In this document: positions 55,345 to 64,000 of the stretch, one piece after another
Layout: each line of letters starts with the position of its first letter
Position numbering within the stretch: the stretch's first letter is position 1
NCBI GenBank assembly: GCA_024102635.1
Contig: JAGFJO010000078.1
Location: 848-64,847 of the forward strand
Source: Deltaproteobacteria bacterium
GTDB lineage: Bacteria > Bdellovibrionota_C > UBA2361 > JAGFJO01
DNA length: 64,000 bases
Direction: 5' to 3'
Notes under the pieces: generated by a model
The model's database searches: none
Told to the model about the DNA's origin: nothing
The model's input: the letters and a program-made list of their open reading frames with translations, nothing else
Position numbers and translations under genes: made by a program

Positions 55345-56238
55345 ATGGAGAGCGAGAGCCATGGCAAGCGTGACCGGACCCTGACCTTTACCTTGGTGGC
55401 AACTTTCCTTGCTCTCCTGCCGACCGCCTATGTCACCTTTATATCGAACTCGATTACTCTTTTTGCTGATCTTCTCCGCTGCGTTGTAGAGTTCCTGGCC
55501 ATACTTATTGCCTACATTATCTCACGCAAGACACAGCCGAAAAATCTGCAGCATTATCACTACGGCTTTGAGAAGCTGGAGCATGTTTCCGGGTTGGCGG
55601 TTGGCGGGGCGATGCTGGTGGCTTTTGTAGTGACAGCGTTCGCCGCAGTTGAGCGCTTAATTCACCCCGTACAAGTCGAGAATGCGGGGCTGGGGCTGCT
55701 GTTAGCGCTTCTTTCGGTGCTAGGCAATCTGTATATTTGGGGAAGGAACGCGCGGCTCCTCGCCTTTGCACCCTCGCCTTTGAGCGTCTCACAGGCCAGG
55801 CTTTTCCGCTCTAAGACACTTGCTTGCACGGCAGTTACCGCATCGCTTACTCTGAGCATTTATTCTCCTGACACTACTTTAGGCATGCTTGCTGACCCAG
55901 CTGGGTCCTTAGCCGTTGCCGGATTTCTCCTTTATTCAAGTTACGCCATTATCTTTCAATCGCTCGGCGAGATAGTCGACTGGTCTCTGGAAGAGAGCGC
56001 GCATCTTCTCATTATGAAAGCCTTGGTAAAGTACGAGTCGCACTATACGACTCTGGTGGGCATTCGAACCCGCCGCGGGGGCGAGAAAAACTATATTGAA
56101 CTATCGCTTGAATTCGATGGGAGGCTTGCCTTAAGTGAAATACATCGGCGGAGCCAGGAGATCTCTCAGGAGATAACGCGGCAGATTCCGGCAGCGGAGG
56201 TGACCATTGTTCCTCTTCCCGCTAAAATTTCTCAGTAG
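55345..56238 (+). CDS. Putative cation diffusion facilitator (CDF) family transporter
   Basis: Six TM helices plus a C-terminal cytoplasmic domain. TM2 region SITLFADLLRCVVEF resembles the CDF signature. The start was moved to the internal Met (MESESHGK). Confidence 0.45.
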   Translation: MESESHGKRDRTLTFTLVATFLALLPTAYVTFISNSITLFADLLRCVVEFLAILIAYIISRKTQPKNLQHYHYGFEKLEHVSGLAVGGAMLVAFVVTAFAAVERLIHPVQVENAGLGLLLALLSVLGNLYIWGRNARLLAFAPSPLSVSQARLFRSKTLACTAVTASLTLSIYSPDTTLGMLADPAGSLAVAGFLLYSSYAIIFQSLGEIVDWSLEESAHLLIMKALVKYESHYTTLVGIRTRRGGEKNYIELSLEFDGRLALSEIHRRSQEISQEITRQIPAAEVTIVPLPAKISQ

Positions 56239-56269
56239 AAAACAATCCCGGACGAGGCATTCTGCACGG

Positions 56270-57451
56270 CTAAGATTTGAGAATTGTGTTCAACCTCTCT
56301 GCCGCCTCCACGATCTCGGCATCGGTGCAGTGGTAGTGCGGAGAGATTCTTACCATCCCGTCGCGATTGGTGATCCGAATGCCCTCTTCCCTGGCGGCCT
56401 TCACCACAAACCCTTCCTTGCCCTCATGTCTTGGCAGATAGAGCGCTAATATCAACCCTCCGCGAAGGTCATCCTGGAGCACGGGCTTGGCATAGTCGGT
56501 GTCGAGCTTCTCGGCAAAGAGCCGCTGAAGCCTCATGACCTCAGAATAAAGCTCGCCATGGGGATACCTTAATACTCCTTGATTCAATGCTTCTAAGGTT
56601 CCGGCCAATAACGGCGTCGGGAGCGTCGTAGGTTCGAACCTCACTGCGTCGGGCCTATCAATCGATGTCATGCCGGTTGAGCTTATTAGCTCCTTCACCT
56701 CATGACAGCGGTAGTCAGTAGAGTCTAAGAGCTCTGAGAACACCGGACTGGTCCAAAGGGCTGCCGTTCCCCTCGGGGCTTCGCATCCTTTCCAAAAAGG
56801 GAATGCGACGGCGTCGATTCCTATCTCCAATGGATGCAGCGGATACACCCCGATACTCTGCGCCGCATCTATAACCAAGTAAGCGCCATGAGATCGGCAT
56901 ACATCTTGAACTCTCTCAAGGTCAGCGCGAAATCCGCTTCTATACATTACGTGGCTAATCGCTACCAAAGGGGCCCTGGTAAGGGCAAGAATCCTATCTA
57001 GTTCATTAACGTCCCAGCTTATAGGCCGGTGATTGTCATCCAGCCGGCCCTCGATGAAGGCTAAATTTACCCCTCTGCGCTGCGCGAAACTGTCGTATAC
57101 CGATGGATAATCTCCGCGAAGAGCCACTACGGTGGAACTTGTCGGCTCGAACGGAAACCGTGAAGCTATCACCTTCATCGCGGCATCGGTGTTTCCGTGA
57201 AGCGAGATCTCATTTTGCGGCACCTTAAGCAGCCGCGACACCGCTCTTCTCAGGCCGCCCTGAATGGCCAAATTCCCGTACTCACTATGTGAGCCTATTT
57301 CGGATCCGAGCTCCGCCTCGGCCTGCATAGCATTGCGAACAGCCTCTACCGTGGAGGCTCGCATAGCCGAGCGAAAACAGGTATCAAGCGCCACTGCGCC
57401 GGAAGATTTGTAAGGAAAGCTTGCTTCGGATTTATCGAATTGAGTGCTCAT
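56270..57451 (-). CDS. Class V aminotransferase-fold PLP-dependent enzyme (cysteine desulfurase/epimerase-like)
   Basis: AYLVIDAAQSIG plus a downstream Lys-containing segment, and overall class V pattern. Confidence 0.65.
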   Translation of the reverse strand: MSTQFDKSEASFPYKSSGAVALDTCFRSAMRASTVEAVRNAMQAEAELGSEIGSHSEYGNLAIQGGLRRAVSRLLKVPQNEISLHGNTDAAMKVIASRFPFEPTSSTVVALRGDYPSVYDSFAQRRGVNLAFIEGRLDDNHRPISWDVNELDRILALTRAPLVAISHVMYRSGFRADLERVQDVCRSHGAYLVIDAAQSIGVYPLHPLEIGIDAVAFPFWKGCEAPRGTAALWTSPVFSELLDSTDYRCHEVKELISSTGMTSIDRPDAVRFEPTTLPTPLLAGTLEALNQGVLRYPHGELYSEVMRLQRLFAEKLDTDYAKPVLQDDLRGGLILALYLPRHEGKEGFVVKAAREEGIRITNRDGMVRISPHYHCTDAEIVEAAERLNTILKS

Positions 57452-57567
57452 GATGTTACTGCAGCCACATATTCTATGCCCTTGCGTTAGTTAGTCAAAC
57501 AAGCAGGTATGCAATTCATCGAAGAAGGATAAACTACTGTATTCAATAGCCGGACGTACCCCGTTGC

Positions 57568-57597
57568 TTGACTAGCAAATGGCCCGCTCTATATAAT
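57568..57597 (+). promoter_or_regulatory. Sigma70-like promoter (TTGACT - 18 bp - TATAAT) facing a region with no convincing gene
   Basis: ttgactagcaaatggcccgctctatataat, read directly. Confidence 0.5.
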
Positions 57598-57788
57598 TCT
57601 ATTTTGCTCCTTTAGTAAGCCGCTGTGCGGACCGCTGTCTTTAGGCTGCTCGCCGCCCTCCCGGCACCGTACCGGTAGACATAATTCGCTCCCGCAGCTT
57701 CAATTCGATATTTTCATCTCTAAATCGCGTGTCGGATTGCCGATGCAGGGCAGCGAATCGGGTTTTTCTCGATTTTGTTACGTTGGCC

Positions 57789-57842
57789 AAATTTGCCGCG
57801 GTCTTCGAGTCCCTATTGGATTGGAAGACCGCGGCAAAGTTT
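57789..57842. other. Near-perfect inverted repeat (15 perfect bp, 18 bp with one mismatch; 17-nt loop) ~190 nt downstream of the promoter
   Basis: aaatttgccgcggtcttc - gagtccctattggattg - gaagaccgcggcaaagttt. Confidence 0.6.
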
Positions 57843-58337
57843 AACAAATCAAAACGGAAGGGCGATTCCTCCCGTCTTTGTTGCGGTCAACAAACACAAA
57901 ATCAAACTATGAAGCTAAGCCTAAAGCCGGGAATGGTCCTGCTGGCAATTGGACAGCAGGCAACGACTCAGGTCGAATCGATCAAAGCCGTCCCGATCGA
58001 GTCTGTGCGAGCGTTTCAAGAGCGCCCCTCTAAGGGAGGAGGCGCGCGCGTGGTCACCTCGCTCCAGCCAGTGGGACGGAAGGCGATTCGGTCGTTTCCC
58101 AGGCACAATACGTTCGTTCTGATTGGCGACGACGTCCGAAAGGACCAGATGGCGAAGCTCTCCAGGAGGTTTCCCCCGGAGCACATCCTGGCAAAAGCTG
58201 ACATCAGGATCTGACCGTTGACGGCGGCCCTCCCGGTAAGGCGCTGTTGGACCATCCAACAGCGCCCCCGGGAGGTGCTTTTGCTCCCTATGAGGTCACT
58301 ACTGCTCTGCATCACCATCAATCATTAATTACTTTTT

Positions 58338-58928
58338 ATGAGCGGCTCATCTCCTTTCGATAAACGTTCGGATTTTTTTAGACAGTTCTTCGAACTGGCG
58401 CGCCCGTACAAGGAATATGTGGCAACAGGAACTCCACAGCAGCAAGAGCGCTGGGCCGCGTCTGAAGAGAGAGCTTCCCTAACTGAAGGTCAGCGGCTGC
58501 TTCTAGCCGCGTTCACTAGAAAATTAAACGTTCTTGTTCTTTCCGGAACGTGGTGCGGTGACTGCATCCGGCAATGTCCACTGATATGGGAGATAGAAAA
58601 AGCCTCCTCAGTGATAGAGTGCCGCTATATTGACAATCAGCAACATCCCGAACTTCGGGATGAGCTTAGAATCGCCGGGGGAGCGCGGGTGCCGGTGGCA
58701 GTATTTCTATCCGAGGATTTCTTTGAAATTGCCCGCTTCGGAGACAGAACCCTTTCTGAGTACAAGCGAAAGGCCGCTACAGAACTTGGCCCTGCCTGTG
58801 ATATCGGAACGTCCACCTCTAAGCCTGAAGATACGGCCGAGGAGCTGCGTGAGTGGCTGGAGCAATTTCACCGCGCGCAGCTTGTTCTTCGTCTCTCCCC
58901 GTTCCTAAGGGCACGGCATCGCGATTAA
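58338..58928 (+). CDS. Thioredoxin-fold protein with WCGDC redox motif
   Basis: LVLSGTWCGDCIRQCPLIWEI, in the size range of TlpA/thioredoxin-like proteins. Confidence 0.55.
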   Translation: MSGSSPFDKRSDFFRQFFELARPYKEYVATGTPQQQERWAASEERASLTEGQRLLLAAFTRKLNVLVLSGTWCGDCIRQCPLIWEIEKASSVIECRYIDNQQHPELRDELRIAGGARVPVAVFLSEDFFEIARFGDRTLSEYKRKAATELGPACDIGTSTSKPEDTAEELREWLEQFHRAQLVLRLSPFLRARHRD

Positions 58929-59030
58929 AGCCCTAACGGCAGATAACCGACCGCACGACTGAGAGGCAAGCAGAAAGGTTGCTGCACGGCTCAAATCCGT
59001 ATCCCCCGGCATACCAATATAAGATTTGCG

Positions 59031-60101
59031 CTAGCCGGCTGCAGACGCCTTGGCCGTTTTTTTGAAGGGATAGGCCTTAAGGCAAAGTAACGCCGTTACG
59101 CCCATGAGCATTGCACCGGTAACTACATGCAGGCTGGTAACTACCGGCTGGCGTACGCTCCAGACGCTAAACGCCCCAAGAAAAAACTGGATTACTACTA
59201 AATACCCGACGAAGTATAAAAGATGCACAGCCGATGATTTCGCAAACTTGTGATCAGTTTCTCTTGCCGCCGAGATCCCTTTGCATAGAAGAACCAAAGC
59301 CGCTGCAAAAACTAGTATGGCTCCAAGGCGGTGGACAAGATGGAGAGTTACCTGAACGGCGTTCACCGGCGGCAGCCGAAGCGATGCCCGCATCGAGTTA
59401 AGCTCACCTATTGTTGCCGTAGATGTCGATGGAATTGCGCTGCCGGCCATTAATGGAAAGTCGGGAACGGCAAGCCCTGCCTCGCTGTGCCGCATTAGAG
59501 CACCAGCTGCAAGCTGCATGAAAATTACTATTAGCAGAAAACTAGAGTAACGGAAAAGACGCGCGCTCCCGGTTGTGTGGGCGGTCGAGGTCCGTTCTTC
59601 AAGCTCTCGCGATTGGCTATAGGCCAGAATGATGGTAAGGACTAGGAAGATCTGCCCAAGTACGCCGTGCATCGAGGATATAGCGAGCGGCAGTTTATAA
59701 AGAACCGTCAATCCACCCAGCACCCCTTGAAGAATTACGCTAAGTAGCGTTATCCCGGCGAGCATCTTCACCCATCTCCGCCTATCAACCTTCAAGATCC
59801 AAACAAACAAAATAATCGTAAGAATTCCTACAACAGAAGCCACCAAACGGTGTACATGCTCGAAGAAGATTATTCCGATCCACTTTGAAGGAGGAAAAAG
59901 GAACATATTATCGCCGAACGATGTCGGCCAATCAGGGACAGCAAGCCCCGCCTCGTTGCTGGTGACAAGAGCTCCCATAAAGATGAGAAATACCACCGCC
60001 CCACATACTACTTTTGAAAAAAGCCGCAGCCCGGGAGAGCGTGGACGGAGCTTTGCGGGCTCAATCAGCTCGGAGGAATATGCTGAATAAGAGTTCGACA
60101 T
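59031..60101 (-). CDS. ctaA: Heme A synthase (CtaA/COX15 family, type 2 without Cys pair)
   Basis: Two half-repeats with EAGLAVPDWP and EAGLAVPDFP. Conserved His are present in the TM helices. ~8 TM helices. Confidence 0.75.
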   Translation of the reverse strand: MSNSYSAYSSELIEPAKLRPRSPGLRLFSKVVCGAVVFLIFMGALVTSNEAGLAVPDWPTSFGDNMFLFPPSKWIGIIFFEHVHRLVASVVGILTIILFVWILKVDRRRWVKMLAGITLLSVILQGVLGGLTVLYKLPLAISSMHGVLGQIFLVLTIILAYSQSRELEERTSTAHTTGSARLFRYSSFLLIVIFMQLAAGALMRHSEAGLAVPDFPLMAGSAIPSTSTATIGELNSMRASLRLPPVNAVQVTLHLVHRLGAILVFAAALVLLCKGISAARETDHKFAKSSAVHLLYFVGYLVVIQFFLGAFSVWSVRQPVVTSLHVVTGAMLMGVTALLCLKAYPFKKTAKASAAG

Positions 60102-60201
60102 GGCAGAGTTAATCTAGCACCTAAGAAGAGCGATCAAAAGAGCAGCGGGCAGCTTTGCTGGCGTCAACTAATGCGTCGAACTAAGTCCTTAACGGAGCGG
60201 C

Positions 60202-60241
60202 AAAAAAAACCGCGCCGCACTGCCGAAGCGGTGCGGCGCGG
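60202..60241 (-). terminator. Rho-independent terminator for the minor-pilin operon (11-bp GC stem, loop, T8 on the minus strand)
   Basis: Plus strand reads caaaaaaaa ccgcgccgcac tgccgaagcg gtgcggcgcgg. It lies 20 nt beyond the stop of the pilX-like gene. Confidence 0.75.
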
Positions 60242-60261
60242 GAGAATTGCCTGCAAAGATT

Positions 60262-61764
60262 TTAGCGATATCTCTGGCTTGCCTTTCTGAGGCCAAAGCG
60301 GATATCGGATAGCACCGGCGTGCCGGCTTCGGTTTCGTCGTACGCGAAGACCGCATTACCGATCACCTGCAGATTGAGGGCGTGAATGCTACCGTAATAG
60401 TTAAAGTTACCGTTCACTGTAACGGTGGCATAAGGAGCTCGAATGTAATTCTGCATAATAGCAGTACCATTAAGAGTGAGTTCATTCGATCCCGTGTAGT
60501 TAATAACTACTTGATATGGGGCGTTATTCAGATTTAACACCTGATTTCCATTAAAGTGATTATTATCCCACTGCTCAACATAGATGGTGACCTTTTGATT
60601 TGGCGCCATGGTAGGGAATGCCAAATTTCCCTTCAGATCTAGGGTTCTAAAGTAGAAAGCGTAGTTGGCAGTAGAACCATCATTGCTATCGTTAGTTGGA
60701 TTCAGGGTTAGAGTACGGTTATTGTTTACAGTCACATCCCTCCAGCAAGAGGTCGCCATATTGCCGTTCGAAACCGTCCAAGTCTGATTGCTGCTTACAG
60801 TCACATCGCCCTGGTTTGCGCCTCCACATACGCTATCCCAGCTACCGAAGGTAGGCAGACTCAAAGAGTGGCATCCTGCACCGTCGCATGCATCGCCGGT
60901 AACGCTTCCGCTCGGTGGCCTGTAAACTATGCCGTCATCAAGCAATGTTCCGGCGTCCCCGTTAATAATGCTTTTAAGCTCAAGCGTCTGGTCGCTTGCA
61001 ACAAAACAGTTGCTTCGCGGAGCTCCTCGCGACCATGAAGTTCCGTTCCATGTGTAAACATAGGAGGAGCAGATATTGTTTGGGCTGCCTGTAGCGAAAG
61101 CGGTCTTACCATAGAAACCTGCTCCAGGAGTCGAAGATACAAGTGATGAATACACATATGAAAAGCTATGAACTCCGCGGTCGGGATTGTTTCCAGTTAT
61201 AACGTCCACTCGGAAAACCGGCTCGTAGCTGCCGTTAGTATGGCGGGCCCATACCAGCACGATGCGGGCGTTTGATTCGCCGCCGAAATCGGCGTTTCTA
61301 AACGCAGTAACAGCATCAAATGATGTGCCATTAGTAATATGCTGCGTGCTCGGGAACGCAGGCTGCCCGAAGGAATCGTCGGTACTCAGAAGAACCGACT
61401 GTGAGGTGCCCTTCATCTTGATTAGCGTAGGTGTGCTAAAAAATGCCCCCTCGTTGTCTCCGACAGTCGGCGAGCCAAGGTCAAAGTTAGAGCTGAAGTT
61501 GGCGCTGGTAAAAGGGAAAACAAGACTCTCCGAGTTATCCTGCATCCAAGCTACCACGCTGTTGAGTACCGTTTCGGCATCGTAGTAGTAGTCAGATTGC
61601 TTATTAACGGTGGCTCGGGTGCGGGTGCTGATCTGTGCCGCCGTCAATATACCCGAGGCCGTTATCAAGGATAGCGCCACAAGGAATATGACTCCTATGA
61701 GAAGATTGCCTTTTTGAGCTTTAAATCTAGTTCTCATCTTTAAGTTCCTCATACGTACTACCAT
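60262..61764 (-). CDS. Type IV pilus minor pilin/assembly protein, PilX-like N-terminus with large C-terminal domain
   Basis: N-terminus KGNLLIGVIFLVALSLITASGILTAAQIS resembles the PilX N-domain. It is the last gene of the fimT-pilV-pilW series. Confidence 0.5.
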   Translation of the reverse strand: MVVRMRNLKMRTRFKAQKGNLLIGVIFLVALSLITASGILTAAQISTRTRATVNKQSDYYYDAETVLNSVVAWMQDNSESLVFPFTSANFSSNFDLGSPTVGDNEGAFFSTPTLIKMKGTSQSVLLSTDDSFGQPAFPSTQHITNGTSFDAVTAFRNADFGGESNARIVLVWARHTNGSYEPVFRVDVITGNNPDRGVHSFSYVYSSLVSSTPGAGFYGKTAFATGSPNNICSSYVYTWNGTSWSRGAPRSNCFVASDQTLELKSIINGDAGTLLDDGIVYRPPSGSVTGDACDGAGCHSLSLPTFGSWDSVCGGANQGDVTVSSNQTWTVSNGNMATSCWRDVTVNNNRTLTLNPTNDSNDGSTANYAFYFRTLDLKGNLAFPTMAPNQKVTIYVEQWDNNHFNGNQVLNLNNAPYQVVINYTGSNELTLNGTAIMQNYIRAPYATVTVNGNFNYYGSIHALNLQVIGNAVFAYDETEAGTPVLSDIRFGLRKASQRYR

Positions 61765-62073
61765 CTAAAATAGATAATTTAAGTTGCGAAGAGAGTAAGT
61801 TTGCGAAACTGCGGCGGTATAAGTGCTGCCATCCCTAAGAGGCACTGCACTGCGCACCTCTACGGTGACCTTAATCCTTCTTATGTCATTTATGAGATTG
61901 AATTCTGTAATAGGCGGAGTTATGGCGGCGCCGCTGGTGTCGAGATATTCAATGGTGAAGCGGCTGTTTTCGGCAAAGAGCACAGCACCGAGACCCGCGT
62001 CTCTAGTAATTCCGCTCCAATCAACCGGTGAGTTGTAAGTAATCAATGGGACGCGCTCACATATTGTACCCAT
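61765..62073 (-). CDS. Probable C-terminal portion of the PilW-like minor pilin, separated from 62093..62722 by a frame change
   Basis: There is no RBS. It is in a different frame 20 nt after the pilW-like stop. The combined length (~310 aa) fits PilW. Confidence 0.35.
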   Translation of the reverse strand: MGTICERVPLITYNSPVDWSGITRDAGLGAVLFAENSRFTIEYLDTSGAAITPPITEFNLINDIRRIKVTVEVRSAVPLRDGSTYTAAVSQTYSLRNLNYLF

Positions 62074-62092
62074 ATTAAACGTGGCCGAAGGG

Positions 62093-62656
62093 CTATATAC
62101 TATATACTGGCCCGGCCTGCAGGGTCACGGTCTTGGATGCCGTGTTTACTGATTCTATTATTCCATATAAGCCGTCGTCTTCTCCTACCACGCTGTTCGA
62201 AAGATAAATCGGATCGCCCGCAACCAGCCCATCAACGCTAGTCAGAGAGAAGGTCAGCGTCGAGCCGGGATCAAAATTTGCGGTAAGAAGATAAACGTCA
62301 CCGGTCTCATTCAGGCGAAACTGGAGGTAACTGGCCGTTGCTGTATCGACATTTATCGGGCGGCTGACGGTTGGATCAGATAGAGTCGTCTCTCCTATCT
62401 GAAAGTTCGATTGGTCATACGGCACGCCGTTTCCCAGCACGCGCAGCTCGGCACCTATTGCTTCAAGCACCGCCTGCGCTCGGACCATTGCGGCGCTTTT
62501 GATCTCTTCGTCCTTTGCGAAGCGCAGGGAGTTGCCGTACTCTTTCATCATCGCAAGCATCACCAATGCGGAGAGGGCAACCGAAACTATCATCTCGGTG
62601 ATGGTGAATCCCCTGCTTTCTTTGAACTTGAATTTTGCGGCCGTCGCTAGTCTCAT
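62093..62656 (-). CDS. Type IV minor pilin, PilW-like (prepilin MRLATAAKFKFKESRG | FTITEMIVSVAL)
   Basis: Class III signal with G at -1 and E at +5. The start was moved to the Met after the upstream stop. Confidence 0.6.
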   Translation of the reverse strand: MRLATAAKFKFKESRGFTITEMIVSVALSALVMLAMMKEYGNSLRFAKDEEIKSAAMVRAQAVLEAIGAELRVLGNGVPYDQSNFQIGETTLSDPTVSRPINVDTATASYLQFRLNETGDVYLLTANFDPGSTLTFSLTSVDGLVAGDPIYLSNSVVGEDDGLYGIIESVNTASKTVTLQAGPVYSI

Positions 62657-62663
62657 TCCAATC

Positions 62664-63092
62664 CTATTCAAACAGTACAAATGTCGACGAATAAGAAGCT
62701 GTACTTGTAAATCTCGGATCATTGCAGCTTACAGTGACCATAACATCGCGGCTCTGATCGGCCTTTACAGTTACTTCAGTAACACGGGTAAAAGTTAGGT
62801 TAGTTCCGGCAGTAGTAACGCTTGTTTCAGTTGCATCATCACCGTCATCAATTTGAGCCACGTCCATTCCGGCAAACTCCTCTATCTTGCTGATTGCGAT
62901 GTTGTGAAGAAAGTTTGTGACCTCAGTTCTCTTGTTTGCTTGCAGCCCAGAGATGGTGCTGCCGGCCGTTGCCAACCCGACCAATCCTAAAAGCACCATC
63001 GCCACCAGCACCTCGATAATGGAAAGCCCGCACGCGCTTCCTTTTCGGGAATGCGGGCAGGATGAAATTATAGCGCGAAGATAATTAGTCAT
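62664..63092 (-). CDS. Type IV minor pilin, PilV-like (prepilin ...RKGSACG | LSIIEVLVAMVLLGL)
   Basis: Class III signal with E at +5. Long (22-aa) leader. Confidence 0.55.
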   Translation of the reverse strand: MTNYLRAIISSCPHSRKGSACGLSIIEVLVAMVLLGLVGLATAGSTISGLQANKRTEVTNFLHNIAISKIEEFAGMDVAQIDDGDDATETSVTTAGTNLTFTRVTEVTVKADQSRDVMVTVSCNDPRFTSTASYSSTFVLFE

Positions 63093-63615
63093 ATTCAAAT
63101 AGCCCCGTCCCAAGCACACTTCCGGTTGCAAATACCCTCATCGGACCATCAGAATCATCGGACAAGGTAATCGACCGAGAATCGATAAAGCCTAGTTCAT
63201 CGACCAACTGTCCTTTGGAATTGAAAATTATCGTTCGATCGCTGGTTACGTAGGTATGGCTTGGAAGAGTGCGGCTGAAAGTGATCACATCGGCTGAAGG
63301 CGGCACATTCGTATCATAAGCGAGATAGTCACATCCAAAAGAGTAACTACGGTTATCGGAGCTGATGGTGAATATCCCTCTGCAGCCATGCGTCACCGAC
63401 TCTGCCTGAGCACGCCTAAGATCGAGAAGTAAGAACTTGCGAACGTTTACGCGCTCCATGCTGCTGTTGATCTGACCGAACATCGGGATGGCGAGATAGG
63501 CGACTATCGAGGTCACTACCAGAACCACGAGAAATTCGAACATGGTGAATGCCGACGACCGCCTTAAAGCGGCCTGTTTGCGGGAGTAATGAACTGAGCG
63601 AACCTTATATGCCAT
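63085..63615 (-). CDS. Type IV minor pilin, FimT/FimU(GspH)-like (prepilin ...RRSSA | FTMFEFLVVLVV; Ala rather than Gly at -1)
   Basis: N-terminal FTMFEF motif with a hydrophobic helix. First gene of the minor-pilin operon. Confidence 0.5.
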   Translation of the reverse strand: MAYKVRSVHYSRKQAALRRSSAFTMFEFLVVLVVTSIVAYLAIPMFGQINSSMERVNVRKFLLLDLRRAQAESVTHGCRGIFTISSDNRSYSFGCDYLAYDTNVPPSADVITFSRTLPSHTYVTSDRTIIFNSKGQLVDELGFIDSRSITLSDDSDGPMRVFATGSVLGTGLFEYD

Positions 63616-63845
63616 GCGATATCTCTTTGCGGCGGGAATTCTCCCGACGCAAAATAAGATATCGGCCTAACCAGGAGCCGTTCTTAATGGAAAATCAGGG
63701 GTTTGCGGTAACTACTCAGGGTGGAAATTACTCAGGTGCAAGGTCCTAAGTAGGTAATTAGTTCAGCAAAATTAATGACTTCAAGAAAAAAACTTCCCCG
63801 GCCGATCACTAAAGTGAAGCTTCTCAGGGAGGTCTAAGTCTAAGG

Positions 63846-64000
63846 TGAAGATCGGCATTCGCGGTAAACTGCTTACCGCCTTTCTTATTATTGTGCTTTA
63901 CGCCCTGCTTTTTGCCTGGCAAAGCGATCGCTCCAACCGCCAGGTGCAATCGGCCATTCTCGGAATTGCGTCCTCGGTAACTCCTGCGGTTCAAGGTCTT
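63846..64000 (+). CDS. Partial gene (5' end only): membrane protein N-terminus, GTG start
   Basis: VKIGIRGKLLTAFLIIVLYALLFAW... is a TM helix. The frame is open to the window end with an upstream stop at ~63810. Confidence 0.3.

Noticed and set aside
57729-58259. Two mutually overlapping ORFs (161 aa + strand, 112 aa - strand)
   Set aside because: Both span the 18-bp inverted repeat and have no SD. Their translations are compositionally odd (Arg/Cys-rich). I treat the region as non-coding or harbouring at most a ~100-aa ORF.
59036-59068. Weak hairpin plus T7 run on the + strand, as a terminator for the thioredoxin-like gene
   Set aside because: The stem is only ~4 bp, and the element lies inside the 3' end of the convergent ctaA coding sequence.

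Overview
This 64-kb window comes from a diderm (Gram-negative-type) bacterium with roughly 55-58% GC. I cannot place the lineage from sequence alone. Gene density is high and most of the contig has normal chromosomal character.

Content, 5' to 3':
- A partial secreted-protein gene at the left edge.
- Two paralogous membrane-anchored sulfatase-family enzymes (617..2044 and 37390..38802) that lack the CxPxR formylglycine motif.
- A TrpG/PabA-type glutamine amidotransferase.
- A DUF2089-like HTH protein paired with a membrane protein, behind a strikingly AT-rich stretch.
- Two divergent GT4 glycosyltransferases.
- A stand-alone NuoB-like Fe-S protein.
- A long minus-strand Tad/Flp pilus operon: cpaE/tadZ, flp, cpaB, cpaF, tadB, tadC, tadG-like, tadE-like. 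It ends with a receiver-domain protein carrying GspE-N-like domains and a hybrid histidine kinase. No secretin or prepilin peptidase is in the operon.
- A large metzincin metalloprotease with CarboxypepD_reg repeats.
- A glycosylation gene set: GT-C membrane enzyme, GT2 DPM1-like, SAM methyltransferase, GT-B with a TPR-like tail.
- A P1B-4-like P-type ATPase.
- An accessory stretch of hypothetical genes (28.7-34.4 kb) that includes a transglutaminase-like domain with Ser in place of the catalytic Cys.
- YjbQ and PbpC.
- A cluster of alkaline-phosphatase-superfamily enzymes with a small RHH-like protein and a coupled membrane protein.
- prs and cysDN.
- A tandem structured ~175-bp repeat element between cysN and a giant alpha-2-macroglobulin gene.
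- A Nudix gene forming an operon with the A2M gene.
- A CDF transporter, a class V aminotransferase, a promoter plus long hairpin region with no convincing gene, a thioredoxin-fold protein and heme A synthase.
- A type IV pilus minor-pilin operon (fimT/pilV/pilW/pilX-like) ending in a clear intrinsic terminator.
- The start of a membrane-protein gene at the right edge.

No CRISPR array, rRNA, tRNA or transposase was recognised. Coordinates I derived by hand (hairpins, repeats, revised starts) may be off by 1-2 nt.
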